A DNA stretch of 64,000 nucleotides from Vitrella brassicaformis CCMP3155 (taxonomy: Eukaryota > Protista > Chromerida), in contig CDMY01000366.1 in assembly GCA_001179505.1 (NCBI GenBank), forward strand, positions 372,001-436,000, given 5' to 3'. A program made the position numbers and the translations under genes. Positions within the stretch are counted from its first letter, which is position 1. Every line of letters starts with the position of its first letter. Under the pieces are notes generated by a model. It searched no databases. It saw nothing but the letters and a program-made list of their open reading frames with translations, and was not told the DNA's origin. Positions 1 through 12,094 of this stretch are shown here, piece after piece.

Positions 1-653
1 ACATCTCTGGCTGGACTACTACGGCAACACACAACCGATTTGCTGCCTCCTCGTGTGTGCGTCTGTCTGCACAGCACAAGCTGCCACTCACTGAGACTCA
101 GCCAAGCAAGCAGTCTGGTCGTCTAATTCAGTACGGTGTGCCTGGCTACCATCAAATAAAACAGGAAGGTTCATACTGATGTGGTGGTGTGAGGCGGGAG
201 GATGGGTGATGCGGTGGAGGCAAGACGGCGGGGGAATGGAGATCAATGCGTGAGCGAAGGATAGCTAGCTAATGGGGCGGGGCACTGCTGCAGTGCAGTG
301 CACTTACTGCAGCAGACGGTTGTTATGCGCAAACGATTGATTGCTATGAGGCAGCGTGCGCCAAGCGTACAGTGCCTCTTTTTCAAGCATGTTATCCGTG
401 TGTGTGTGCGTGTGCACGGTATTGGACATGAAAGACAGTGCTATTTGTGAAGAGATTGCATGTCTGTTACTCCCCCGCACGAAACGTGTGTGTCTGTCGG
501 TCCTGCAAACCGTAAAACATCGTCACCACACTAACGCTAACCACACTTGTGACCACACAGACACCCACACTATGCACAGACAGAAAGGACCATAGAGACC
601 CACGCAGACAGACAGACGCCCACTCGCATTCGTTCGGGTCGGTCGCACACGAC

Positions 654-2508
654 TCACTGATTGACTGGCTGACTGACTGACTGATCACCAGCTACCTGCA
701 CTGGCCGGCTGACCATACCGTCTCTCGTCTCTCCTTCCTCCGTCTGTCTGATCCACAACATGACATTGACCAGCGAGAAGAGAATCGCATACGACACGGC
801 CAGCACTGCCACCCCTTCGGCCGTCATCAGTCGCTCCACCAGCAGCCGCAGCCCCTCCAGGCCACACGCAAACCCGCACAGGTTAGCGGCCATCATCCCA
901 TACACATTCAGCGCCCCCGCCGCGGCCACGACGCGCCGGCTCCACTTAGCCCTCGCCCCCTTGGTCACAGCCGTGTGCCACAAGCGCCTTGCGAGCAGCT
1001 CGGGCACCAGAATGGCGCACAGCAGTGCGGCCCAGCTGATGAGCTTGAGGCGGATGTCGTGCCACACGGCCACGTAGGCGAAGACCACCCATATGTTGAG
1101 GGCCTTCCATTTGCCGCCCCCCAGTGGCAGATAGATGTACCGGACGAGCCACTGGTTGAAGCTGCGGTGCCATGTGCGCCAAAACTCCTCGGTGCTGCGA
1201 ACACATGAAGACACACGGGAAGATGAGCATGGCGTCACGTCACATGTGGTGTTGATATGTGTGTGTGTACCTGTAGTTGTTGTAGACGCATCTGCCCATG
1301 TTCTCGTGTGTTTCGACCCCATCAGCCATCGCCCACAAGCGAAAGAACCTCCAAATGACCAGAAACTTGAGCCAGATGAAGCCCAGCGTCGTGAAGGCGC
1401 CCACAGCCAGCTGACCCACACCCACATGAGCCCACTGGTGGAACATCCGCTGGTTGGAGATGAGGGCATTGGACCAGTTGACACAGAGGAAGGCATCCAT
1501 CAGCAGCACGCAGGCGACCCACCTGGCGAGATACATGGCGAGATGCCGTCTCGGCGGGTGGGCAGGGCTGGCCATCTGAGAGATGAATGCGTTGTACGTG
1601 AGGATGGGCCCTGCCAGATAAAGAGGCGAATAGACCACATAAGCCAGATAGCCGAGAAGATGGTAATCACTCAGCGGACGGTGGCCCCTCTCTCTCTCAC
1701 GCAACGTCAGCGGAACAGCAGCAGCGCCACCATCAGCACACCAACCATCCCCTGCTGCCTTCCTCTCCTTCAGCTCCACCGCAACCGCCTCCTTGCTACT
1801 CGCCCGAGCCGACCAGAAAGCGTCCATGTTGAAGGATATCATGCGCAGCGACACAATGGGGAAGTGCACGTGCCATCTCGATTCGCCTTTGAGCCCGTCC
1901 AGGAAGCCCAGCCGTGGGTCTAGCCACGCCCACTTGTAGCCGCCGAAGCGATCGTTCAAGAAGAGAAGCCCAATACTCATCGCCCATGTCAGACCGGGCA
2001 CACCAGCAGACACTCTCTCGCTGGCCGCCATCCGCGAGAAGGCGTAGTTGATCATGACGAATAGCAGCGTGAAGAGGGCGCCTGCGCCGTGGAGGTAAGA
2101 GAGGTAGATCAAGCCCACGACCAGCTGATACACCAGGGCCCCTGTCACCCATCCACCACGGGTGCTCGCATCCTTCCTTCTCCAGCCCCGCACCTCTCTC
2201 CCCACTATCACGTGTACCAAGGCCACCACGCTGAGCAGCACTAACGAGCCGCGGAAGGCTCTCCACTGCAGATCATAGTTGTCATACGGCAGCTTCAACA
2301 ACGAGCTCCTCGCAACGCCCAACAGGCGCATTCTCGTCACATCCCAGTGGGAGTCGGCAAGCCACGACAGCATTGATGCCCTCGTTTGCCAGCCATAGAT
2401 GACCATCAGCAGGGGCAGCAGCACCACAGCAACGAGGAGGTGATAGCAGAGCTCGAGAGTAGGCCACGAGAGAGGAGGTGAAGGATCATGTGGCTGAGAT
2501 TTCATCAT
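654..2508 (-). CDS. GUP1: Membrane-bound O-acyltransferase (MBOAT), GUP1/HHAT-like; 2 exons (2508-1271, 1194-654)
   Basis: Removing a 76-bp GT..AG intron (1270-1195) gives [35 protein letters not shown], the MBOAT/GUP1 signature. Also RMISFNMD, YSPLYLAGP, catalytic His in VAVWHD, and many TM segments. Confidence 0.9.
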
Positions 2509-2726
2509 GTTTCTTAAATGCGCGCTCTACTTTGACTCCCGATCGCTTTTTCTCAGTGCTGCGAGCTAAGCCGAGAGGGGGAGGGATTTTTTCAATGCGC
2601 TTTTCAGTCTCCATCGGTGTGTGAAGGCGCTCGTCACTCACGAATGCACAAACGGGGATCAGCCATCACATTCATCGGGTCAGTCGCGTTTTCTCCGTTG
2701 GTCCACTCACTGCCTAAGCTACTCAC

Positions 2727-4703
2727 TCATGACTTCTGCACATTCATGGGGCCTACACCCGGGGGTTCGGCAGTGGGCTTGCCGTCGGCGTCAGCGACGC
2801 ACACGGTGGCATTGGCACAGTGGCTGGGCGTCTCTTCGATCGCAAACGAGATGCGCTCGGGCAGAGGGCCTGCACACCAGGGAGGGGAGGGACACTTATT
2901 CGTGGGGGTGGCAGGTAGTCTTTCTCTTTGTTGTTGGCGCTGACTTGTCCTTGTGAAGACGCCGACGTTTTCTTTGAAGTACCACACTGTAGCAGCGTCG
3001 CGGGCTCCCTCGCTGAGGGCCTGACCAAAGCAGAACAGACAGGCCATAGTGACTTCATCCATTTGAGTGTCTGTGTGACTGTTTCCTCCATCCTTTAGCA
3101 TGCCCACCTCGTGCAGTTTAAACGACGTTGTGTTCTGCACGAGAGCCACCCACTCGGTCATGTTGCGGCCATTGATGTGGCCTTGACCTGACACACACAA
3201 CATGCCATGGCAGGCGCTCATTCAAGGGTGGTCACAGACTGACTGACACATTGAGAGGATTGTGGCGACGTGTCGCACCTGGTTGGTCGGCCTGGCCCCA
3301 GCTCATGACTATGCCGTGTCTGGCGTGTCGCTGCAGATTGTCTAGGAGGGTCTGTGTAGCGTGTGGTGGGATGTGCTCCGCCACCTCCAGACACATGACC
3401 CAGTCGAAGGCACGCGGCAGCTGGAATGGCTCGATGAGGTTGAGCGACTGGACGGCTCCGTCCGTGATGGCTGCTATGCTGTCGATGCCGTCGAATGCAT
3501 GGATCTCTACCAAACCAGTCTCGCTCAACCTTATCGAAAGAAATGGGATAGGAGACGCGCATGGATTGCATGTGCGTGTGTGCGTATGTGTGTAGGCGCG
3601 TACCACTGAGCCGCCTTTCCTCCCCCGGCGCCCATGTCAGCAATGACGGCGTCACGTGGAAACACCTTCCGCAACAGATAGCGCAACAAACCTGACACAC
3701 ATCACCATATCGTGGAGGCATGAGCGGCATCCATCCCCCGCGACTCCTTCCTTCTCTCTTGGTTGGCACCTTTATCGAGGCTCCATCCATCAAATATCGT
3801 CCTCTTGAGGGCCTCCCCAAGCGTGAATGTACCGTCAGCATTCGACGACTGCTGGTGCCACTGCTGCAGGGCAGCGACGTTATCGTATGTGTCCCTCCTA
3901 TAGCTCTCATCCCCCGGCCGTGACGCCACCAGGTCCTTCTTGTGCTCGAGATAGGTCTTGAGGTTGGCCACCTCCTGGGCCATGGCGTGTGTGGCCAGGG
4001 AGAGCCAGTCTTGCAAATGGAACAGGAGGACCTCCGGCCTGACGCCCTCCATAATGCTGTACAGCGTAAAGAACTCCCCATCGCTGACCCCCTTGAGCGT
4101 CGCCATGCCGACGAGCAGACGGAATCGCGTCGTCATGTCAAAGCACTCGGGGCGCCGGTTGAGGAGGGCCGCGTTGAGGTGGAAAAAGGTGGACAGGTGC
4201 ATGGACGACTGCGAGAAGACGTTGAGCATCACCGTCACCTGGTGATCCTGGTCGTCTTTGGACTCCTCCATGACCGATTTCGTCACGTTGTTCAGCATGA
4301 AGTGCAGGTGCTCCATCAGCCGAGATCTTGACAGGTATAGGAATTCCACCAGCTGCACGCAGCTCATGTTGGAGGTGCTCACAGCCGTGGCATTAAAGTC
4401 CTCAATGTGGCTGTTCACTCCCCCATCCATGTCTTCAAGCTTCTGGCAGTACGCCGACTTGAAGATTTCGCGGTCCGGAGCTCCCCTGTCCGCTGGACTG
4501 ACATCCTGGGCACCAAACACCACCGGCAGGATAAAGATTGCGATGACGTTGGTCCACATCAGCACTGGCAGGCCTCTCCAATTTACGTGCCCCAGGCCCC
4601 AAATCTCAGAATCTCGACTTCTTGCATCTCCCTTCGCCTCCGAGTCATCCGTCATGTTGCCGTTCCCCCTTGCTGTCGCTATCAGCGTCACTATCACTTT
4701 CAT
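2727..4703 (-). CDS. Class I SAM-dependent methyltransferase with N-terminal signal/anchor and helical stem; 5 exons; start may be the ATG at 4559
   Basis: Introns 3769-3692 and 3603-3530 plus two more join DKGLLRYLLRKVFPRDAVIADMGAGGGKAAQWLSETGLVEIHAFDG (motif I), FDWVMCLEVAEHIPP and GIVMSWGQADQPGQGHIN. Hydrophobic MWTNVIAIFILPVVFGA starts at 4559. Confidence 0.8.
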
Positions 4704-4947
4704 GATGGGAGGCCTGTGGTGGTGTCTGGACGTGTATAACGACCTGCACCGAACGGGTCAAATCCCCCGCCTTCCTTGAAGGGAGGGACGAGGAGGGAAA
4801 CGACTAAGGCCTGCCGACCGTCTCGCTCTCAGCTGCCCACCTTCTCTGCTGCTGCCTGCGGCAATCCCCACGTCAATGCAATCCAGTGAATCGTGAGTGG
4901 ACAGCCACTAACACGCCTTTCCCATCATCGCTGCAATGGATCGCTGA

Positions 4948-7767
4948 ATGAACACATATACGCAGGAGAAGTATTTCAAGGACACCGAGACGGCCTTCAC
5001 GAAGGTGTTCCACCCAGTGGCTCTTGAGGCGCCCATCAAGAACAACGAGGTGGTCAAGGCCATCGACGATTATGTAGTCAAGGACGACATAGAGGACTGG
5101 AAAAGGGAGATATTCGAGTCGGCCAAGGAAGGGTCAGTTGTCACACGACGCACACAACGCAGGGATGGATGGGTGGGCAGAGGAGATTGTCGTGCAACTA
5201 ATGCTGTCTCAGGTGGGATAAGGTCATGGAGACGGCCGAGTCGCTGTTCGACATATGGACTGGGGTCAATATCAAGAGCTGCATCAAGGAGATCACGGGC
5301 TTCTACGAGGACCTGTCGTGCTCAGCCTGCGGCCCTGACTTCCAGAAGAAGTACGTCAACGAGCAGAAGAACCTCATCAAGATCGACCAGACCTCATGTG
5401 ACCTCGTCTACGCCTTCTGTTTGGACGGGTTTGAAGCCATGCTTCAGGTGAATCGAATCGATTTGCCTTGATGCTCACGCACATCACATGTGCGTCTACG
5501 TGTGTTCAGGGCCAGGAGGAGATGCGTGCTCTGCACGGCCGCCTGATGAAGGACTGGGCCAAGCTGCGGACGGAGCTCCATTCCCAGCTCAAAAAGCACA
5601 TCAGCGAGAACCTGGCGTCATACGTCGGCGAGGCTGACTCAGAGGCCAAGCGGGAGCGGGAAGCCGAGATGCAGGAGGAGAAGGAGCCGCCATCCGTCCT
5701 CACTGCAGCCCCAACTGCCGCACCCCCGCACACAACGACGGCAGCTCCCACAACGACCCCCAAGCCACGCAGGAAGAAGCCGGCAGCAACAAAGCCCCCT
5801 TCTCCCCCTCCCACCCCTCCGCCCGTCCCCCCGACCCCCAAGCCAGCCACTACCAGCACAACTACCACGAAGAGCCCAGAGGAGGAGCTTGAAGACCAGC
5901 TAGCAGAGGAACCTCTTCTCGAAAAGGAGCAAGTAGAGACGCCGACCACAGCCAAGCCAGCGAAGGTGGCCACCACGACAGCGCCGGCACATCACGCCAG
6001 GCACCCGCCGGGTCACCAGAAGCCCGTCAGCGAACAGGAGCCTGCAGCGGGCGGTGAGGAGGGTGAAGGCGAGCAGCTGGAGGAAGAGGAGCTGGAGGGC
6101 GAGGCCGAGACAACGACAACGACAACGACAATGACAACGACAACGACAACGACAGCCTTGCCAACCAATGGAGAAGAAGAAGAGACCGAAGACGAGACAG
6201 AAAATGAGGGGGAGGAGGAGACTGAGGGTGAGGAAGAGGCGGCCGTTGCCGCTGCCGGATTCGCAGAGGAAGGCGGGACTGTCCATCATCACGGGAACAG
6301 GAAAAAGCACCGGAGACGCAACGACAGACATCACTCTCACAACAAGAGGAAACACAAGCTGAAGAGGGAGGAAGCACAAGAGCCCATGGATCACCATATA
6401 AGCTTGGAGGGGGAGGGAGATATCTCAAGCTCAGGCCACCAGGAGGGCTGGCGCGCCAAGCGGGATATACAAACAAAGAAGAAGAACGACCCCATTTCTC
6501 TCTTATCGACCAACACCAGCACCAAGCCCGTCGCTGCGTTCATCCAAATCGGCCACAGGGGGCAGCTACACGACCTCTCAAAAACAAGACAAAGACACAG
6601 GCGGCCGCCATCCTCACACAACAGGAAGGACATGCCCTTATGGCTGAGCCTCCTGGCCGATGTGGGTGCTCTGGTGCCGTCCGGCGAGCAGCTGCTGTGG
6701 CCATCTCGTGACGAAGACAAAGATAAGAGAAGGCGGCATTCTTCCTCCATTCCACAGCAGCAGCAGATCCCCGTGTCTCTGGTAGAGTCGGCCGAGTCTG
6801 AAAGGCGGGTGGGTGGCCCTGACGAAAGCGGCGAGGGCGAGCTGACTGACTGGGACACCGAGTACCCTGTGGTGCCCGTGCCAGTCATATCCAAGCCCCA
6901 CTTCTGCAGCACCTTCCTGCACCACCTCAGGTATCTATCGTACATACACACATGCGATATACATACAACATCGCCCACATACATATGACATCAGGTTTGT
7001 GTGTTCCTTCATATTTTGTTTTCAGGCCGGGTTATTTCCGCGCCGAGATGGTTCGCAAGCAGAAGAGGCTGTATGACTGGCTCAAGGAGCTGGAGGCGGC
7101 CTCGGTGGACCCCCGGCAGCTGGCGGTGCTCGAGCGGGAGACCATCAATATTGTCAAAAGAGCCAACAAACTCATGGACAAAGAACTGGAGAAAGAGGTC
7201 CGCAGAACGGCATCGCATCAAACCAACGAGGGGGGAATGGTGCCAGCCAAGTGTCTCTCTCTGTCTTCAGGAAGATAAGGCGCGTGAGAACCTCAAGCAG
7301 CTGGACGCCTCAAAGACAGAGGCGGAGAAGCAGGCCGAGGCTGCAGGGGAGGGGGCAGAGGCCGCCTTAACCGACCTCACGCCGCCATTCAACGAGACAC
7401 GACAACGTCAGCAAAGAATACACCACCACCACCAGGACAGAACGACCTCTTTGGTTGACGAGCATCAGCTTCAGCACCAGCACCAGGGTTTGGACCCCGC
7501 CCCTTCGATGGAGTTTGTGGCTGACGGCGGGGTGGACGTCGAGGGAATGGCCAGCAGGAAACTCATCACCAAGACTTGGGAATCGGTCAGTGAGACACTG
7601 GCTCTCGTACGTCAGGGGCTCATGTCTCTGTGTGTGTTGCGTGTTGTGTGCAGGAGATGGGCGATGAAGTGCCAAGTTCGCGGAATGGCGCACTCAGGTG
7701 TCTCGTGCAGCTCAATTGGTTGGTCTCTTTGCTGCCCCTCGCCGTTGCTGTCTTATTGCGTATATGA
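4948..7767 (+). CDS. Probable GPI-anchored mucin-like surface protein with Cys-rich N-terminal domain; 5' end unresolved
   Basis: Six in-frame exons (EKYFKD..., EGWDKVMETAES...CSAC..., GQEEMR..., LRPGYFRAEM..., EDKARE..., EMGDEV...). Long Pro/Thr, Glu and basic His-rich tracts. C-terminus SSRNGALRCLVQLNWLVSLLPLAVAVLLRI* (TGA 7765-7767) looks like an omega site plus hydrophobic tail. Confidence 0.7.
6108..6152 (+). repeat. Coding (ACAACG)n repeat encoding poly-Thr
   Basis: acaacgacaacgacaacgacaatgacaacgacaacgacaacgaca, read as TTTTTTTMTTTTTTT. Confidence 0.9.
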
Positions 7768-8439
7768 CATGTCGTTGGTCCATTAGGACGCTCGCTGCTC
7801 TGAATATGACGTGTGCCTTTCGTGTGGATGGTGTGTCACATTAGTGGCATCGCATCATTACATGTGCTCTGTGGACTTTGTGAATGCGCGAGTAACTGAA
7901 GACATGTGCCTGTGTGTGGATGGGTGGGTGCAGTGCATGACCCTTCTCGATCGATTCGACGATTGCAATGTCTGCATGCGCCTTCACCCGCCAAGCACCA
8001 ACCGATCCACGCGCACAATTAATGTATGTCTGCCACGGCACGGATACATAACATAACACGCAACATGACAAATAAATGTCTGGATGGAGCAGCAACAGCC
8101 GCTGGGAAAAAACAAAAAGGGACAAGAGCGAAAAAAGGAAACGGGAAGAACTCGTCGGGATCACACGTACATGAAGGCGCCTATATGCTGGTGCTGCGGC
8201 TGCGGCGTTGCTGGCTCCCTCCCCCCCTCCCTGGCTCCCTCCCCTTTATATGTTGGTCAGCCCCTGTATCTGTACGCGGCTGACCGATCGGCCGACTCAC
8301 GGACGTCTCAGGAGAGAACAACAAAAGAAAGGAAATAGCTGGTCGGTCATAGTATCACGATATCATATCATAAGTGAGTCGCTCGTTGTCTTGATACCAA
8401 ATGAACCGCACGGGCAATGCAATGCCTATCCTGTACGTA

Positions 8440-8532
8440 TCACCAAGTATGTATGTATAGGTATGTGTTCATGTACACATGTACATACGTACATACTGTA
8501 TGTGTCTCTGCATATGTATGTATGTATGTACA
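8440..8532. repeat. Degenerate (TATG/TACA)n microsatellite between convergent 3' ends
   Basis: gtatgtatgtatag...catatgtatgtatgtatgtac seen directly. Confidence 0.7.
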
Positions 8533-8652
8533 CGCCGCCACCGAAAAACAATCAATCAATGAGAGCAACAACCAACCAACCAACCCACTGCGCTCACCGC
8601 ATCCACCCCATCCATCTGCCTGTACATATCCCTCTCCTCCGCCCCCGTATAT

Positions 8653-10250
8653 TCACTCCCTCCGGCACCCCTCTGCGTCCCGCCTGTCGGAGCACTCGCC
8701 TCGGGCACTGCTCGTCCGCAGCCCCGCCACACCACCACCACCACCACCAGCACCAGCACCAGCAGCAGCCTTCTGTGCATATCGTTTGGGGTCATACAAG
8801 ATGGAGTTGGCGTCAATGCGATAGCTGATGGCGGCGGGGATCGTCCAGTCCCTCGGCAGCGGCGTCAGGGCCTCCACCAGGAGGTTGAGGCACGCTGACC
8901 GGCGGAACGCGGCGACGAGTGCGCCGCCGTTGCGCCACGAGAGGCCCCATAGTGAGGACCAGTTCTCGAGTGAGCGAGCGTTGTCGAGGTAAAGGGCCGC
9001 CTGGCCGTCGGGGGAGCTGTGGGCCGCCACCCAATTCATCGCCATGTCCTCGCAATTCAACTCGCGGTTGAACATCTCCATCAGCCCGCTGCACACACAA
9101 CGGACACACACCATAGCAACCGGGGAATGAATCGCTTGTCGTTCCTCTTGGTGCGTGTGTACCGGGGCATGGTGTGCTCGTATTCGAGCAGCAGCCTCCT
9201 TGGCACGAGTGCAGCGGCGGTCAGGATGATGTTGCCGGGGTCGGCCTGATAGTGGAACTCCCCCGTCTCGGTGCAAACGGCGAACGACCGCGAGAGGTCT
9301 TCCGTGCCCACCAGCTTGCTGTCGCCCCCGTACAGGTGAGCCACAACCGCCATCTTGAAGATCGTCTCGCACTCGAACGACCGGTCGTCATCGAGATTCA
9401 GCACGTAATCGGTCGACGTCTCGTTGCCGATGAGGAACCGCTCGCCGAGGTCCCTCTTGCCGGCGATGAGACGCACGGTCTTGGGGAAGGGCACTGGCTC
9501 CTGTGGGGGGGTGGGGGTCTCCCAGAGGGAGCTGTCCTGGGGCAGCGGGCCGAAGGGGACGTCGGGCCACCAGTCGATGAGCACCTCCTTGACCAGGGGG
9601 CATGTGAGCAGGGGGATGAGGTTATGCGCCAGCCAGCTGTCGCGCCTCTTCTTGCCCATGTACACCACAACCGTCACCGTGTCGTTGAGCTTCCCGGGGT
9701 CGGCCACCATCCACATGTCGGCGGGAAGATCCATGTCGTCCCTCTCCGTCTCGGCCCGCGACACAAAGGCCGTGCTGGGACACCTGCACGGCTCCCACTG
9801 GTCGAGCTTCACGTCGGGCGGTGGTCCAGATGCGGGGATGGGCGGCCTGTCAGGGCTCTGGAGGAAGCCCTGGAAGCCCCGACAGGTGTGCACAATGGAC
9901 GGCGTCCAGTCGGACCACCTCAGGAAGGCCCAGAAGCTCACCAAGAAGATAGCAAAGAAGGCCAGCAGCGGCCCTCCCACCCTAATCACCGGGTGCCTCG
10001 CCAGCTTGCCAAGGCATCCACACCGACACCTCACGCACCGACACCGGCCGCATGCTAAAGACGGCGGGCACGCACAGCGGCACCGGCAAAGGCGCGACAG
10101 CCTGCACAGAGGCCGCGAATTCGGGGACGGCGAGTAGCAAAGGGACGGGAGGCTCCAGCAGGGACGGGAAGGGGTGGGGCTGGGGGGAGGACCGTCCGCA
10201 CGGGGGCTGGGCGACGACAGGCACGACAGCCGAGTTGACCGAAGGAACAT
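8653..10250 (-). CDS. Glycosyltransferase family 64 (EXTL2/exostosin C-terminal-like), type II membrane protein; 5' end uncertain
   Basis: TM helix PLLAFFAIFLVSFWAFL, then LGERF...VLNLDDD (DxD). A 74-bp intron (9162-9089) joins MPRGLMEMFNRELNCEDMAMNW (the GT64 NCED.AMN motif), followed by RRSACLN. Confidence 0.85.
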
Positions 10251-10690
10251 TGTGGGTCAAGGCCTTGCAGCCGTAGACAATATATGCCCCCTTCTCTGCT
10301 ACTTGTGCACCGACAGGGATGGGTGCACGGCTGTCATGGGCTGTCGTGGTCCGCCAGCAGTGAGCTCCACCGCCCCCCACATCCTCCGATGAGTCCTCGT
10401 GACTTGGTCTTGCCTCACAGTCGCAGGCGTCGAGAAGAAGAGAGCAACGGGCTCTAAGACCTCGACGGTTGGCCCCTATCCTCCTCTGTCCATCGCCTTT
10501 GCTTCCTCTTTTTCCTTCTTCCCCTCTCGCAGCAGCGGTTTCAGGGAGCACCCTAGGCGCCACTTTAAATTCATCTGGGCTAGGGTAGCGCTTCCCAGAG
10601 CTGTGTCCCAGAGCTGCGGGCGCATCATTTCCTCAACATCATAACCCTCCCCTCCCCTCGAATTGAATCATCCATCGCGTCACGTCCACG

Positions 10691-12094
10691 ATGCAGGCGA
10701 ACCAGCCGTCACACGGGGATCGCACGCAGCCCACCCCGGGGAAGCCAAAGAAGGATGTCGAGTTTGGGTATCCATGGCCTGAGAGCTTGCTGTCCTGGCT
10801 GGGTCTACACGCCGTGTTCTACGTTCTGGAGAACGGCTTCCAAATCCTCCTGGCCTACGCCACCACGGTCAGGCATGACACGGGGCAAAAACATCTTGAG
10901 CAGGCATGTGTGCGACTGTGAGATCTCTGTCTGCTTGTGTGCCTGTCTGCAGGCTTCCCTGACGCCGTTGTTCCTGTGGGCATTCGCGTCTGAGTGGGTC
11001 AACTCGAGCGTCTTCCTCTACTGGCTGGCTCTGTTCGTCCTGACATACATTCTGTCACTCTCCGAGTACTTCGCCGTCTCAACGATGGTCGATTTGCTCG
11101 CCGACAGCGACTGGATCTTCCCCCCATCCATCCGATTCAGCTCACACAAACGCGACCAGCTGCGCCGGAGGCGGGCCGACACCACTGAGACCGTCGACAC
11201 AGACACCGACCACAAGGAAGCAGAGCAGCAGCAGCAGCAGCAGCAGCATGAGGGTGTGGATGAGCACGGAGCGAGCAGGTTCGACTACTCCCACCGGCAG
11301 TACCTGCGCAACCACCTGCTGTTCACGGCCCGGTGGGCCATCCCGATCGCCGTCGGCAGTGTGATCTGGATACCCCGATTCCACCTCGTGCACAACCCGC
11401 CAGTGTGGATGATACCCCTCAAGGTGCGCTGGGTGTATGCATACATGCACACCAGACCAGCTGTCTTGTGTGTGGTCTGCTGTGCTGTTTGTGTGTGGGT
11501 GCAGGTGCAGCTCTCCCTGATCTTCGCCGACCTGGCGTATTGGGTGGTGCACTACAGCCAGCACCGGTGGCGTTGGGTGTACAAGTGGACCGACCACACC
11601 TACCACCACACTTTCCAATACCCATGGGGGAGCGCCGGTCAGCCAACACACACGCACACACACACACACGAACAGCCAGAACGTCAACACATCTGAATGA
11701 GTTGATGTGATGTGTTGGTCATGCATCAGGCACGTGGTTGGGCACGTGGGATCTGATGCTTTCCGCGCTCTCCCTTGGCTCAGTCAATGTGTTCCTGATC
11801 GAAATGATGTTCGGCCGCATCAGTCTGTTCGAGTACGTGCTCATGATGAACTACGTGTTCGAGATGGTGTGCGTCGACCACTCCGGCAGCCAGCTGCCCT
11901 TCTGGTCGGGCTGCCCGTACCTGCCGCCTCTCGGGTACTTGCTGGGGTTCGACAAGTCCATCGCACTGCACGAGGCACACCACAACTTCAACCGCTACAG
12001 CTATGGGCTGCTCGGGGTGGGCGACTGGTTGGCCGGCACTCGCATGTACCCCGCTGAGTACCCCGGCCCACACCCCAAGGGCAAACAGTTCTGA
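10691..12094 (+). CDS. Sterol desaturase / fatty acid hydroxylase superfamily protein; 4 exons
   Basis: Three His boxes: VHYSQH, DHTYHH and LHEAHH. Also DLAYW, DHSG and the terminal YGLLGVGDWLAGT; several TM segments. Confidence 0.9.

Noticed and set aside
6925-6945. Possible U12-type donor (GTATCT...)
   Set aside because: Does not match GTATCCTT, and no U12 branch site seen. All introns I resolved are ordinary GT-AG.
9174-10058. 294-aa plus-strand ORF
   Set aside because: Antisense shadow of the GT64 exon, expected at high GC3.
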